From Kiritimatiellia bacterium (GTDB lineage Bacteria > Verrucomicrobiota > Kiritimatiellia > RFP12 > UBA1067), in the NCBI GenBank assembly GCA_017613085.1, contig JAGAEL010000174.1, forward strand, positions 1 to 44,002: 44,002 nt of DNA, read 5' to 3'. The notes under the pieces were generated by a model. That model ran no database searches. It was not told where the DNA came from and worked only from the letters and a program-made list of their open reading frames with translations. Positions 1 to 8,817 of the stretch are shown here, piece by piece. Within the stretch, counting starts at the first letter, position 1. Every line of letters starts with the position of its first letter. A program made the translations under genes and the position numbers.

Positions 1-100
1 CTTTGATCGCAGAATACCCGATCAAAAGAAAAATCGCGACAATCAGGAAACCGTCCAACAGTCCCCAGAAAATTCCGCTTTTTCCTCTTTCGTTCGTCAT
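1..100 (-). CDS. 5' end of a small hydrophobic protein that runs off the left edge (MTNERGKSGIFWGLLDGFLIVAIFLLIGYSAIK...)
   Basis: ATG at complement of 100-98. GAGGTG Shine-Dalgarno at complement of 111-106, 5 nt upstream. The frame stays open to the window edge and encodes a hydrophobic helix. It is too short to appear in the ORF track. Confidence 0.4.
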   Translation of the reverse strand, partial: MTNERGKSGIFWGLLDGFLIVAIFLLIGYSAIK

Positions 101-268
101 TTTTTCACCTCGCCTTGTTTTGAAGCTTATTTAATGCCAATGGTCTACCTTTCGTATGCGAACATTTGTAAAAGCGACAATTTGACATATTTTATCCCGA
201 TTTCGAACGCGGCAAAATTTCACATTGTGGGCAATATGTCACAGGTGCGAACGTTTGTTACACTTGGA

Positions 269-1651
269 ATGAAAATGAAACGGATTTCGCACAAGTGGCG
301 TCTGGAATGGTTTCTGTTGGCGGCCTTGTTTTCGGCAGCCCTTGCGGGCGGCATCGCGCTTGCCGCGTTGAAACGGGAACACGAACGCCGGGCGCGGATT
401 GCCGCGACAGAAGCTGTGCTGGAAAAGGGAGATGCCTTGATGGACACCTTGTGCGGCCCGGCTTTAAAAGGGTTGACGGTAACGCCTTCCACGGAGTTGT
501 GGCGTTCTTTTTCGGCGCGTGTCGATAGCGCGTTTTCCGTCCGCCGCGATGTCCAGTCGCTTTCTGTTTCAAAGAACGGAACTACGCTGTTTCAACGCCA
601 GTCCGGAGGACTTCTCCACGACCGTTCCGCTTCTTCCGAAGCCCCTGTTTCCGCCGGATCGGGAACGACGGAAATCGAGCAGGGTGCGCTCGATTCGGGC
701 GGCGTCAAAGTGCCTGTTTTCGTGCTTACCCGCCGGTTTGCCCTTCCTGACGGAGAACTCGTTGTGGAGGCGACGTTTAAACGCGATGCCGTCGGCGCGG
801 AGGAAAAAACAGCCCGTAAACTCGTCTCTTCTCTTTTTTTCTTTTCTTTTGCCGTCCTCGTCATCGCGTTCTCCGCCTGTGCGCTGGTTCTTTCCGTTGC
901 CGTCATCCGCGAACGCCGGCGTGAAGAACGCGAACGTCAGGAAGAACACCTTGCCTTTTCAGGCGTTCTGGCGAACGGTATCCTTCATGATTTTCGAAAC
1001 CCGATGTCCTCCGTCCGTCTGGACGCGCAGATGCTCGGTCGTGAAATGCGAAGGGAAGAAGGATTCCGCGAAGCCCGCGTGAAAGAACTTTCCGAGCGGA
1101 TCGCCCGCACAATGGAACGTATGGACAAGGTTTTTACGGAATTTCTGTTTCTTGCGAAACCTTCAGATGCCGAAGCGGAATCCGTCAACCTTGTCGAAGC
1201 GGTTCAGGAGTGTCTGGACACTTTGACCCCGCGTTTGGAACAGGCGGGCTTGTCCGCCGTGTTTGAACCTCCCCCTACCCCTGTCTTCGTCCGCGCCCAC
1301 GCCGCCCCCTTTCGCAGGGCCTTGACCAATGTCCTCGTAAACGCCACCCAGTTCGCGAATCGCGGTTCGTCCATTCTCGTTTCACTCGAAACAAAACGTG
1401 GAAAAGCCGTCCTGGACGTCCACAACGAAGGACCTTCCATTGAACCGAAAATGCGCGAAAAAATCTTCGATATGTTCGTGACCGGCCGACCGGAGGGTAC
1501 CGGTCTCGGTCTCTTTCTGGCACGGACGGCGATTGAACGTTGCGGAGGTTCCATCCGCGTGGCGGATTCCCCTTCCGGAACGACGTTCCGAATCACGCTT
1601 GACCTTTTCAACAACAGCCAAACCTCAGACGAGGTTCAACAGACGAGGTAA
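269..1651 (+). CDS. Membrane-bound sensor histidine kinase (HisKA + HATPase_c)
   Basis: The ORF spans 134-1651; I prefer the ATG at 269 (MKMKRISHKW) just before the first TM helix (WFLLAALFSAALAGGIALAAL). A second TM helix is FFFSFAVLVIAFSACALVL. H-box is GILHDFRNPMSS, N-box LTNVLVNATQFA, G-boxes DVHNEGPSI and GTGLGLFLAR. The stop lies 3 nt before the response regulator start. Confidence 0.85.
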   Translation: MKMKRISHKWRLEWFLLAALFSAALAGGIALAALKREHERRARIAATEAVLEKGDALMDTLCGPALKGLTVTPSTELWRSFSARVDSAFSVRRDVQSLSVSKNGTTLFQRQSGGLLHDRSASSEAPVSAGSGTTEIEQGALDSGGVKVPVFVLTRRFALPDGELVVEATFKRDAVGAEEKTARKLVSSLFFFSFAVLVIAFSACALVLSVAVIRERRREERERQEEHLAFSGVLANGILHDFRNPMSSVRLDAQMLGREMRREEGFREARVKELSERIARTMERMDKVFTEFLFLAKPSDAEAESVNLVEAVQECLDTLTPRLEQAGLSAVFEPPPTPVFVRAHAAPFRRALTNVLVNATQFANRGSSILVSLETKRGKAVLDVHNEGPSIEPKMREKIFDMFVTGRPEGTGLGLFLARTAIERCGGSIRVADSPSGTTFRITLDLFNNSQTSDEVQQTR

Positions 1652-1654
1652 AAA

Positions 1655-3016
1655 ATGACGATTTTGATCATCGAAGACGACGCGGACAACCTTCGTTCCG
1701 TTTCTGAAGTCGCGGAGGACGCCGGTTTTGAAACCAGACAGGCCGCGACAGGGCTTGCCGGTGTCGAAGAATTTCAAAAGAAAACGCCGGATGTCGTCTT
1801 GACCGACCTCGCCCTTCCCGACATTGACGGAATCCAGGTGCTACGCCGTCTCCATAAGCTCGACCCTTCCGTCCCCGTCCTGATCATGACCGCGTACGGT
1901 TCGGTCGAATCCGGTGTACGGGCGATGCACGAAGGCGCCTACGACTACGTTACGAAACCCCTGGATCTCGACGATATCCAGTCCAAACTCCGCCGGGCCT
2001 GTGAAACTTCGCGCCTCCGCCGTCAGGTGGATACCCTTTCCGCAGCCGCGCGCGATAAATACACCTCTTCAACCATCATCGCGCAGGCTAGCTCCATGAA
2101 AGCCGTCATCGCGCAGGTTGACGCGCTTGCCGACACGATGGCGACCATTCTGATTCGCGGCGAAAGCGGCACGGGCAAGGAACTTGTCGCACGTGCGCTC
2201 CACGTAGATTCGCGGCGAAGCGGCGGCCCGTTCGTCGCCGTCAACTGCGGGGCTTTTGCAGAAAACCTCCTTGAATCCGAACTTTTCGGCCATGAAAAAG
2301 GGGCTTTTACCGGTGCGGTCGGAATGTACAAGGGTGCGTTCGAACGGGCGGACGGAGGAACGCTTTTCCTCGACGAAATCGGGGATGCCCCCGCCGCCGT
2401 CCAAGTGAAACTCCTCCGCGCACTCGAAGAGAAGGAAATACGGCGCGTCGGCGGAAAAGAAGTGTTCCATGTCAATGTCCGCCTCGTCTCCGCAACCAAT
2501 AAAGATCTGGAAAAAATGGTCAATGACGGAACATTCCGGGAAGACCTTTTCTACCGGTTGAACGTCGTTTCCATCCGGATTCCGCCGCTGCGGGAACGGA
2601 TCGCGGATATCCGCCCCTTGGCCGATCGTTTCATCGCGCGGAGCGCGGCGGAAAACGGAAAGGTTATCAATGCGGTCAAACCAGGTTTCTATGAACGGCT
2701 GGAATCGTACAACTGGCCGGGAAACGTCCGCCAGCTTCGCAACATCGTGGAATCTGCCGTGCTTCTCTCACCCGGAGGGATTCTTACGGAATCTTCTGTC
2801 GTTCTCCCCGGTATGTCCCCTGCCCCGTCGAGTTCCCTTTCGCCTTCGGAGGGTTTTTCCATACCGAAGGATATGACGCTGGAAGAGGTTGAACGAACCG
2901 TCCTTGAAAACCGTCTCCGCCAGAATAACGGGAACCGTACCGTCACCGCCGAGCAACTTGGCCTTTCCCGCCGTACCATCCAGCGCAAGATCAAGGAACA
3001 CGGTTTACCCTATTGA
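1655..3016 (+). CDS. Sigma54-dependent response regulator, NtrC/AtoC type (REC + AAA+ + Fis HTH)
   Basis: Receiver motifs are VVLTDLALPDIDG and MTAYGS. Walker A is GESGTGKE, the sigma54-contact loop is EKGAFTGA, Walker B is LFLDEIG. C-terminal HTH is TAEQLGLSRRTIQRKIKEHGL. Confidence 0.92.
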   Translation: MTILIIEDDADNLRSVSEVAEDAGFETRQAATGLAGVEEFQKKTPDVVLTDLALPDIDGIQVLRRLHKLDPSVPVLIMTAYGSVESGVRAMHEGAYDYVTKPLDLDDIQSKLRRACETSRLRRQVDTLSAAARDKYTSSTIIAQASSMKAVIAQVDALADTMATILIRGESGTGKELVARALHVDSRRSGGPFVAVNCGAFAENLLESELFGHEKGAFTGAVGMYKGAFERADGGTLFLDEIGDAPAAVQVKLLRALEEKEIRRVGGKEVFHVNVRLVSATNKDLEKMVNDGTFREDLFYRLNVVSIRIPPLRERIADIRPLADRFIARSAAENGKVINAVKPGFYERLESYNWPGNVRQLRNIVESAVLLSPGGILTESSVVLPGMSPAPSSSLSPSEGFSIPKDMTLEEVERTVLENRLRQNNGNRTVTAEQLGLSRRTIQRKIKEHGLPY

Positions 3017-3069
3017 TAGGATACTGTATTAAATTTAAAAGAGTAACAGTAATAGAGAGGGGCAAGGGC

Positions 3070-3078
3070 TGTTGATAA
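3070..3078 (+). promoter_or_regulatory. DnaA-box-like 9-mer TGTTGATAA (1 mismatch to TGTGGATAA)
   Basis: Read directly. The 11-mer CTGTTGATAAG here is identical to the one at 3444-3454. Confidence 0.35.
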
Positions 3079-3291
3079 GCGCGTTAAATACGTCATTTTC
3101 TAGAAGTTGACGTGAAGGAAAATCTGTGTATGGATTTGAACAGGAAATGTAAATCCTGTAAATAGAAACGAAGGCAACGCAAGGTGTGAAGATAACTCCG
3201 TTTTCTTCGACATTCGTTTCACAACTTTTCATGCCGTTTTTTACAAGTTTTAAACACCGTTGAAAAATGTAAAAGAAGTCTTAAAAGGACT

Positions 3292-3300
3292 TGTAGATAA
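3292..3300 (+). promoter_or_regulatory. DnaA-box-like 9-mer TGTAGATAA (1 mismatch)
   Basis: Read directly. It has the same orientation as the other two boxes. Weaker 2-mismatch sites lie at 3187-3195 (TGAAGATAA) and 3394-3402 (TTATCATCA). Confidence 0.35.
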
Positions 3301-3444
3301 CTAGAAGATAAAGTTTGATAGTTTGTTCATAGAATCTGGAAAATTTCAATTATGATAAACGTAACTCATTGAAAATCAATAAGTTACATATACTTATCAT
3401 CATTCTGTCGAAAACTTTTAACACATCTTTTTGAACTTTTAGAC

Positions 3445-3453
3445 TGTTGATAA
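3445..3453 (+). promoter_or_regulatory. DnaA-box-like 9-mer TGTTGATAA (1 mismatch)
   Basis: Read directly; second copy of CTGTTGATAAG. Confidence 0.35.
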
Positions 3454-3463
3454 GTAAATTTGT

Positions 3464-3524
3464 AAAACGAGTATCTTGCTCGTTTAAAAGGGAACGGGCG
3501 AACGAGCAAGATGCTCGTTTTACT
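3464..3524. terminator. Twin hairpin / 21-bp inverted repeat; the right half is a plus-strand Rho-independent terminator shape
   Basis: Arm 1 (3464-3484) is AAAACGAGTATCTTGCTCGTT and arm 2 (3501-3521) is AACGAGCAAGATGCTCGTTTT. They are reverse complements with 1 mismatch. Each arm is also self-complementary (AAACGAG/CTCGTTT; AACGAGCA/TGCTCGTT). Arm 2 is followed by TTTTACTGTTTTC. Confidence 0.5.
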
Positions 3525-3646
3525 GTTTTCTTTCTCTTTCCAGTATGCTATATTTTTTCCGTTCAACGATGAGGGTAGGAGTGATTTTTGTTCGTTCTCC
3601 TCCTCTCATACGCACTTGAGGAAGCTGTTGAGGAAAGAGGCGTAGT

Positions 3647-5581
3647 ATGGATTCAGAATGGTCGGTTCTCGTTGTCGGAGGAGGGCATGCCGGTGTTGAA
3701 GCGGCATTGGCCTCCGCCCGGATGGGATGCCCTACTCTACTGGTTTCAGGCGATACTTCCCGTATTGCCATGATGCCCTGTAATCCTTCGATCGGTGGAT
3801 TGGCAAAGTCGCATTTGGTTTACGAACTCGATGCCCTCGGCGGTGAAATGGGACGTAATGCGGATGTTTGCGGTATACAGTTTAAGACACTCAATAAAAG
3901 TAGAGGTCCGGCCGTATGGGCAACCCGTGTGCAGTGCGATAAAAAACGTTACGCCTTGCGTATGCAAAAAGTACTTGAAATGACATCGAACCTTACAATC
4001 CTTGAAGATACGGTTACAAAAATCGTGGTAGGAGAAGTAGACGGAAAAAAGAGTGTGAAAGGTGTAGAAACACAGAGGCATGGATACCTTTCATGTAAAT
4101 CTGTAATTCTTACGACTGGAACCGCTTTAAAAGGAATGGAATACATTGGACATCGCGGAATTCAAGGAGGCGGGGACGGCCGCCCCTCAGCATTTGAACT
4201 TTCAGCCTCTCTGGAGCAACTAGGATTTACGTTAATGAGGTTTAAGACAGGAACCCCGCCTCGTCTCTATCGAGAATCAATCGATTTTGAAAAAACCGTG
4301 ATTCAACCTGGAGATCAACCATCTCCGTTCTTTTCACTTTCAACATTGTTCCACGTGGAACAATGCTCAAGAACGGACAAAAATGGTTTTAAAGAGGTTA
4401 CTTCTTCAAAAGAAATGTTCCACGTGGAACATTTTAATACATTGCTAGTTGAAAAGGTTGATCAGTTTCCGTGCTTTCTAACCCATACAAATGAAAAGAC
4501 ACATCAAATTATTCGTTCAAATCTTGAAAAAAGTGCGTTGTATGGAGGAGATATTGAAGGTACCGGGGTTCGATATTGTCCATCCATTGAGGATAAGATT
4601 GTAAAATTTACCTCCGCAACCCAACATCACGTCATGTTGGAACCGGAAGGTATTGAAAATACAGATTATATCTATCCAAATGGACTTTCGAACAGTTTAC
4701 CTGAAGAAATACAACGTGAACTTGTTCATAGTATAGCGGGGTTAGAACGAGCTGAGTTTGCAAAATTTGCATACGCGATTGAGTACGATGGAATTGATGC
4801 GCGTGAATTGTTTGCCACGCTTGAATCAAAACGAATAGAAGGGTTGTATTTTGCGGGTCAAGTGAATGGAACAACCGGGTATGAAGAGGCCGCTGCACAG
4901 GGATTTATGGCTGGTGCAAATGCAGCCTTAAAGATACAGGGACGCGAACCGTTGATTTTGAGCCGTCAACAGGCGTATATTGGTGTGCTTATCGATGATT
5001 TGATTACAAAAGGCACGAATGAACCATACCGTATGTTTACCTCCCGTGCCGAGAGAAGGTTGATTTTAAGGCAGGACAACGCGGGTGAAAGGCTTCTTGA
5101 AGCGTCTGATCGTCTAAAAATCCTTTCAGAATCGATTCGTGCGCGTATTCATCGCAAAAAAGAGGAAACCGAACAGATGATTCGTCTTTTTGATGAAGTG
5201 AAGGTGAAAAACAAGAGTCTTTCTTCCGTCCTTGCCCGGCCCGAAACAACGTTTGAGGAGGTAAAAGATCTTTTAAAGGAAGAAAAAGGGATTGATTTTC
5301 CGTGTTTGCTACCGGAATCGGAAGAACAGGTGGAAATTCGGATTAAATACAGGGGATATATCGAACAGGAAGAAAAAGAGGCGGCTCGTGCCAAGCGTGA
5401 GGAAGAGGTAAAGATTCCGGACTGGCTTGATTATGATAAAATAACTGCTCTTCGCTTTGAATCCCGCGAAAAACTGAAACTCGTACGCCCGGAAAATCTA
5501 GGTCAAGCCAGTCGTATTTCAGGTGTCAATCCAGCCGATATCGCCATACTTTCCCTTTGGATACATCGTGGAAAAGGATAG
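3647..5581 (+). CDS. mnmG: tRNA uridine 5-carboxymethylaminomethyl modification enzyme MnmG (GidA)
   Basis: FAD-binding N-terminus [19 protein letters not shown]. Conserved blocks are [57 protein letters not shown] and [16 protein letters not shown] is clearly lower than in neighbouring genes. Confidence 0.95.
   Translation: MDSEWSVLVVGGGHAGVEAALASARMGCPTLLVSGDTSRIAMMPCNPSIGGLAKSHLVYELDALGGEMGRNADVCGIQFKTLNKSRGPAVWATRVQCDKKRYALRMQKVLEMTSNLTILEDTVTKIVVGEVDGKKSVKGVETQRHGYLSCKSVILTTGTALKGMEYIGHRGIQGGGDGRPSAFELSASLEQLGFTLMRFKTGTPPRLYRESIDFEKTVIQPGDQPSPFFSLSTLFHVEQCSRTDKNGFKEVTSSKEMFHVEHFNTLLVEKVDQFPCFLTHTNEKTHQIIRSNLEKSALYGGDIEGTGVRYCPSIEDKIVKFTSATQHHVMLEPEGIENTDYIYPNGLSNSLPEEIQRELVHSIAGLERAEFAKFAYAIEYDGIDARELFATLESKRIEGLYFAGQVNGTTGYEEAAAQGFMAGANAALKIQGREPLILSRQQAYIGVLIDDLITKGTNEPYRMFTSRAERRLILRQDNAGERLLEASDRLKILSESIRARIHRKKEETEQMIRLFDEVKVKNKSLSSVLARPETTFEEVKDLLKEEKGIDFPCLLPESEEQVEIRIKYRGYIEQEEKEAARAKREEEVKIPDWLDYDKITALRFESREKLKLVRPENLGQASRISGVNPADIAILSLWIHRGKG
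4344..4365. other. parS: parS-type centromere site 1 (core TGTTCCACGTGGAACA at 4347-4362) inside mnmG
   Basis: 22-bp perfect palindrome CATTGTTCCACGTGGAACAATG. The 16-bp core differs from the widely conserved ParB/Spo0J site TGTTCCACGTGAAACA at one position, and that change makes it fully symmetric. Confidence 0.7.
4413..4434. other. parS: parS-type centromere site 2 (core TGTTCCACGTGGAACA at 4416-4431) inside mnmG
   Basis: 22-bp perfect palindrome AAATGTTCCACGTGGAACATTT. The core is identical to site 1, lies 69 bp (23 codons) downstream and sits in the same codon phase. Both encode FHVE. Confidence 0.7.
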
Positions 5582-5641
5582 TATGATCTAGTATTTCCAT
5601 ACTTGCCTAAAATGCTTGTTTCGTGTATGTTTATAAACGAA

Positions 5642-7312
5642 ATGACGATGAAATCAATAGAACCCTTTAGTGTAAGCGGAAAAATCGTGGATGTCGAACG
5701 CGACTGTACGATCGGTGTCCGTATTAGTATTTCAAGCGAAGGAAAAATCGCGGCGGTTGACGAAATCGACGATCCTGATTCCGGTTATCTTTTCCCTGGA
5801 TTCGTTGATTCCCATGTACATATTGAAAGTTCCATGCTGAATCCGGTTTCGTTCGCCTATGCGGCGGTCCGCCATGGAACGCTCGGCGTACTCGCCGACC
5901 CCCATGAAATTGCGAACGTGCTTGGAAAATCGGGTGTTCAAAAGATGATTGAACTCGCAGGGGAAACCCCGTTCGTATTCGGTTTCGGTGTTCCTTCCTG
6001 CGTACCGGCTACTGAAAACGAGAAGGGTGGGGGAGAGCTGAACGCGGATGATGTTGAAAAAATGTTAAAATGGGAGGGCGTTACCCATCTTTCCGAAGTG
6101 ATGGATGTAAACGCCGTCCTTGAAAAAAACGAAAAAATAATAAATAAAATAAATGCCGCGAAAGAAGCGGGAAAACCGATTGACGGACATGCGCCCGGAT
6201 TGACGGGGGCAGCGTTGCGATCCTATATCGCTTCAGGTATTTCGACCGACCATGAATCTGTTTCGGTCGAGGAAGCAATCGAGAAAATACGCAGTGGTAT
6301 GGTTGTCCAGATTCGTAACGGGTCTGCCGCAAGGTTGTCCGAAGCGTTGCTTCCGCTAATCAGCCGCTACGGCAGGATGTGCATGTTTTGCAGCGATGAC
6401 AAACATCCGGACGATTTGCTGGAATCGCATATCAATTTCCTGGCGGCGAAAGCCTACCGAAACGGCGTGTCCCTCTCGTCCATCATACAGGCGGCATGTA
6501 TCAACCCTGTCCGCCACTACGGTCTTCCGCTTGGATTGTTGAGGGTAGGGGATTCCGCCGATTTTCAGAAAGTGGAAGATCTTCGCACCTTTGAGCCGTC
6601 CTGTGTCTGGTTACGCGGACGCGAGGTCTACCGTGACGGGGAAACCTTCCTTCCGGAAACGGCGTCGGAAGAGGTTTCGGAAAACCAGTTTGAAGCGGTA
6701 CCGATTACCAGGCGGGTACTTTCCGTTCCCGCAGTCGAGGGGATGAAGGGTATCCACGTTATCGGTGTCCGCGATGGTATCCTTCTCACAACGAACCTTT
6801 CCGAAAAACCGGCGATTGTGGACGGGGAAATCGTGAGCGACATCGAGCGCGACATTTTGAAGATCGTCGTGATGAACCGGTATCGTATGGACGCGAAACC
6901 GGCGGTTGCGTTTGTGAAAGGATTCGGGTTGAAACGGGGCGCGCTCGCCTCGTCCGTCTGCCACGATGCGCATAACCTGATCGCGGTCGGAACGAACGAC
7001 GAAGCCATCACGGCGGCACTCAATCAGATTATCTGGATGAAAGGCGGGCTGACGGTCGCCGACAGCAACCGGAAAATCATCACTTCGCTTCCGCTTCCTT
7101 TCGGCGGATTGATGTCGAACGAACGTCCTTCCGTCGTCGCTCGTAGGTACAAAGATTGCGACAAACTGGCGAAAATGTTCGGATCGCCGTTGAGTGCGCC
7201 GTTCACGACGCTTTCGTTTATGGCGCTTCCCGTTATTCCTGACGTGAAAATGACCTCGCGCGGCCTCTTTGACGTGCGTCAAAACCAGTTTATCGGCCTC
7301 CGTAGCGAATAA
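5642..7312 (+). CDS. ade: Adenine deaminase (amidohydrolase superfamily)
   Basis: Metal-binding motif PGFVDSHVHIESSML. Also ADPHEIANV, GHAPGL and DDKHPDDL, and the length is typical of the family. The ORF opens with TTG at 5603; I prefer ATG at 5642 or 5648 (start uncertain). Confidence 0.85.
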   Translation: MTMKSIEPFSVSGKIVDVERDCTIGVRISISSEGKIAAVDEIDDPDSGYLFPGFVDSHVHIESSMLNPVSFAYAAVRHGTLGVLADPHEIANVLGKSGVQKMIELAGETPFVFGFGVPSCVPATENEKGGGELNADDVEKMLKWEGVTHLSEVMDVNAVLEKNEKIINKINAAKEAGKPIDGHAPGLTGAALRSYIASGISTDHESVSVEEAIEKIRSGMVVQIRNGSAARLSEALLPLISRYGRMCMFCSDDKHPDDLLESHINFLAAKAYRNGVSLSSIIQAACINPVRHYGLPLGLLRVGDSADFQKVEDLRTFEPSCVWLRGREVYRDGETFLPETASEEVSENQFEAVPITRRVLSVPAVEGMKGIHVIGVRDGILLTTNLSEKPAIVDGEIVSDIERDILKIVVMNRYRMDAKPAVAFVKGFGLKRGALASSVCHDAHNLIAVGTNDEAITAALNQIIWMKGGLTVADSNRKIITSLPLPFGGLMSNERPSVVARRYKDCDKLAKMFGSPLSAPFTTLSFMALPVIPDVKMTSRGLFDVRQNQFIGLRSE

Positions 7313-7324
7313 AATAGCGCTCAT

Positions 7325-7386
7325 CACATTTTTCGATGGAATAATGTGAAAATCAACCACATTTTTCGATGGAATAATGTGAAAAT
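7325..7386 (+). repeat. 29-bp direct repeat x2 (period 33 bp) upstream of the AAA ATPase gene; operator-like
   Basis: CACATTTTTCGATGGAATAATGTGAAAAT occurs at 7325-7353 and identically at 7358-7386. Each copy carries the inverted hexamers CACATT...AATGTG. It ends 34 nt before the ATG at 7420. Confidence 0.8.
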
Positions 7387-7419
7387 GTTTGTTACAATAG
7401 GACGTAGAAAGGAACGGAT

Positions 7420-8784
7420 ATGCAACGGGACGTATTTCAGGAAATCATCGAATGGAACGCAAGCCGCAAACGTAAACCCCTCATTCTGATGGGTGCGAGA
7501 CAGGTCGGAAAGACCTGGCTTATGGATACGTTTGCCGAAGAGTTCTACCCGGATGCGTATGTAAAAGTCGATTTGCAGAGGGATGACCGGCTTAGGAGGA
7601 GCATAGACGAGACGAATATCGACCCCGGATCGATCCTTGAATTGATACAGGCGGCGACGGGGAAACCTGTTGTGCCGGGGAAGACCCTTCTTATCATGGA
7701 TGAGATACAGGAATCCCACAAGGCTCTCAATTCCCTCAAGTATTTCAATCAGGAAATGCCCGAACTCGCCATTATGGTCGCAGGTTCGCTCCTTGGACTC
7801 GCGATGGGGAAGTCGGATGAATCCCGGAAGCGTAAAGAGCATGGATCATTCCCTGTCGGAAAGGTTAGCTTCCTGGATGTACATCCGATGTCCTTTTCCG
7901 AATTTGTCCGCGCCGTGGACAATCCCTTCCGGTTCAAGGTACTGGCTACAAACGATATGCCACGGATGGATACAATGCAGGAAGACTTCAAGACGCTTCT
8001 TCGCAAATATTTTTTTGTTGGAGGAATGCCGGAGGCGGTGGCCGATTTCGCCGAAACGGGCGATTATGCGGCGGTGCGCAGAACCCAGGAGGAAATACTA
8101 GCCGCATACGATGCAGATTTCGTTAAACACGCATCAGCTGAAATCCTTCCCAAAATCAGGCTGCTTTGGAACAACATTCCCGCGCAACTTGCAAAGGAAA
8201 ACAAGAAATTCATTTACACGGCACTCAAAAACGGGGCACGTGCGCGCGAATACGAAGCCGCCCTAAACTGGTTGGACGATGCCGGGATGCTTCAGCAGGT
8301 TTTTCGGATTTCGACGCCGCGTTTACCCCTTATTTCCTATCAGGATTTCTCAGCGTTTAAACTTTATATGCATGATATAGGACTACTTTGCGCCATGGCC
8401 GGTGTGTCGTCCTCCATGATGATCGACGGTAACGCACTTTTCACAAACTTTAAAGGCGCATTTGCGGAACAGTTCGTCCTTCAAGAACTTGTAGCCGAAG
8501 GAATTACACCATACTACTGGACGTCTGATTCCGGTAATGCGGAAATCGAATTCCTTGTACAGGGAGAAAATGCCGTATTCCCAATTGAAGTAAAAGCCGG
8601 TATCAATACAAAGGCGAAAAGTCTCAAGGTGTACAGGGAACGTTTCAATCCGCCGTTTGCGATTCGGACGTCGCTCCAGCCGTACCACGACGGAGAAACG
8701 ATAAAGGATATCCCACTCTACGCATTTGGACTTCAAATCAAAAAAAGGATAACTCTCGACAACGGAGGAGGAGAACTTTTGTAA
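7420..8784 (+). CDS. AAA-family ATPase with DUF4143-type C-terminal region (AAA_14/DUF4143 architecture)
   Basis: Walker A is MGARQVGKTWL and Walker B is LLIMDEIQ. The size and C-terminal pattern (YYWTSDSGNAEIEFLV, PIEVKAG) are typical of this widespread family of uncharacterised ATPases. Confidence 0.75.
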   Translation: MQRDVFQEIIEWNASRKRKPLILMGARQVGKTWLMDTFAEEFYPDAYVKVDLQRDDRLRRSIDETNIDPGSILELIQAATGKPVVPGKTLLIMDEIQESHKALNSLKYFNQEMPELAIMVAGSLLGLAMGKSDESRKRKEHGSFPVGKVSFLDVHPMSFSEFVRAVDNPFRFKVLATNDMPRMDTMQEDFKTLLRKYFFVGGMPEAVADFAETGDYAAVRRTQEEILAAYDADFVKHASAEILPKIRLLWNNIPAQLAKENKKFIYTALKNGARAREYEAALNWLDDAGMLQQVFRISTPRLPLISYQDFSAFKLYMHDIGLLCAMAGVSSSMMIDGNALFTNFKGAFAEQFVLQELVAEGITPYYWTSDSGNAEIEFLVQGENAVFPIEVKAGINTKAKSLKVYRERFNPPFAIRTSLQPYHDGETIKDIPLYAFGLQIKKRITLDNGGGELL

Positions 8785-8817
8785 CCTAGCGCCGCATGGT
8801 GCGTAACCAGAACGGGA

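Larger units (their letters stand above)
3017..3646. other. 630-bp AT-rich non-coding region; candidate replication-origin-like or regulatory region
   Basis: GC drops sharply relative to flanking genes, and there is no credible ORF (only 60-65 aa AT-rich ORFs). It contains DnaA-box-like 9-mers, short inverted repeats (AAGTC..GACTT about 3279-3295; GTAACT..AGTTAC about 3361-3389) and a twin hairpin at 3464-3524. Confidence 0.4.

Noticed and set aside
3035-3771. 60-83-aa ORFs in the AT-rich region upstream of mnmG
   Set aside because: Their composition is AT-driven (K/N/I/F/Y-rich) with no RBS, and they overlap hairpins and box motifs. One (3520-3771) runs antisense into the mnmG start.
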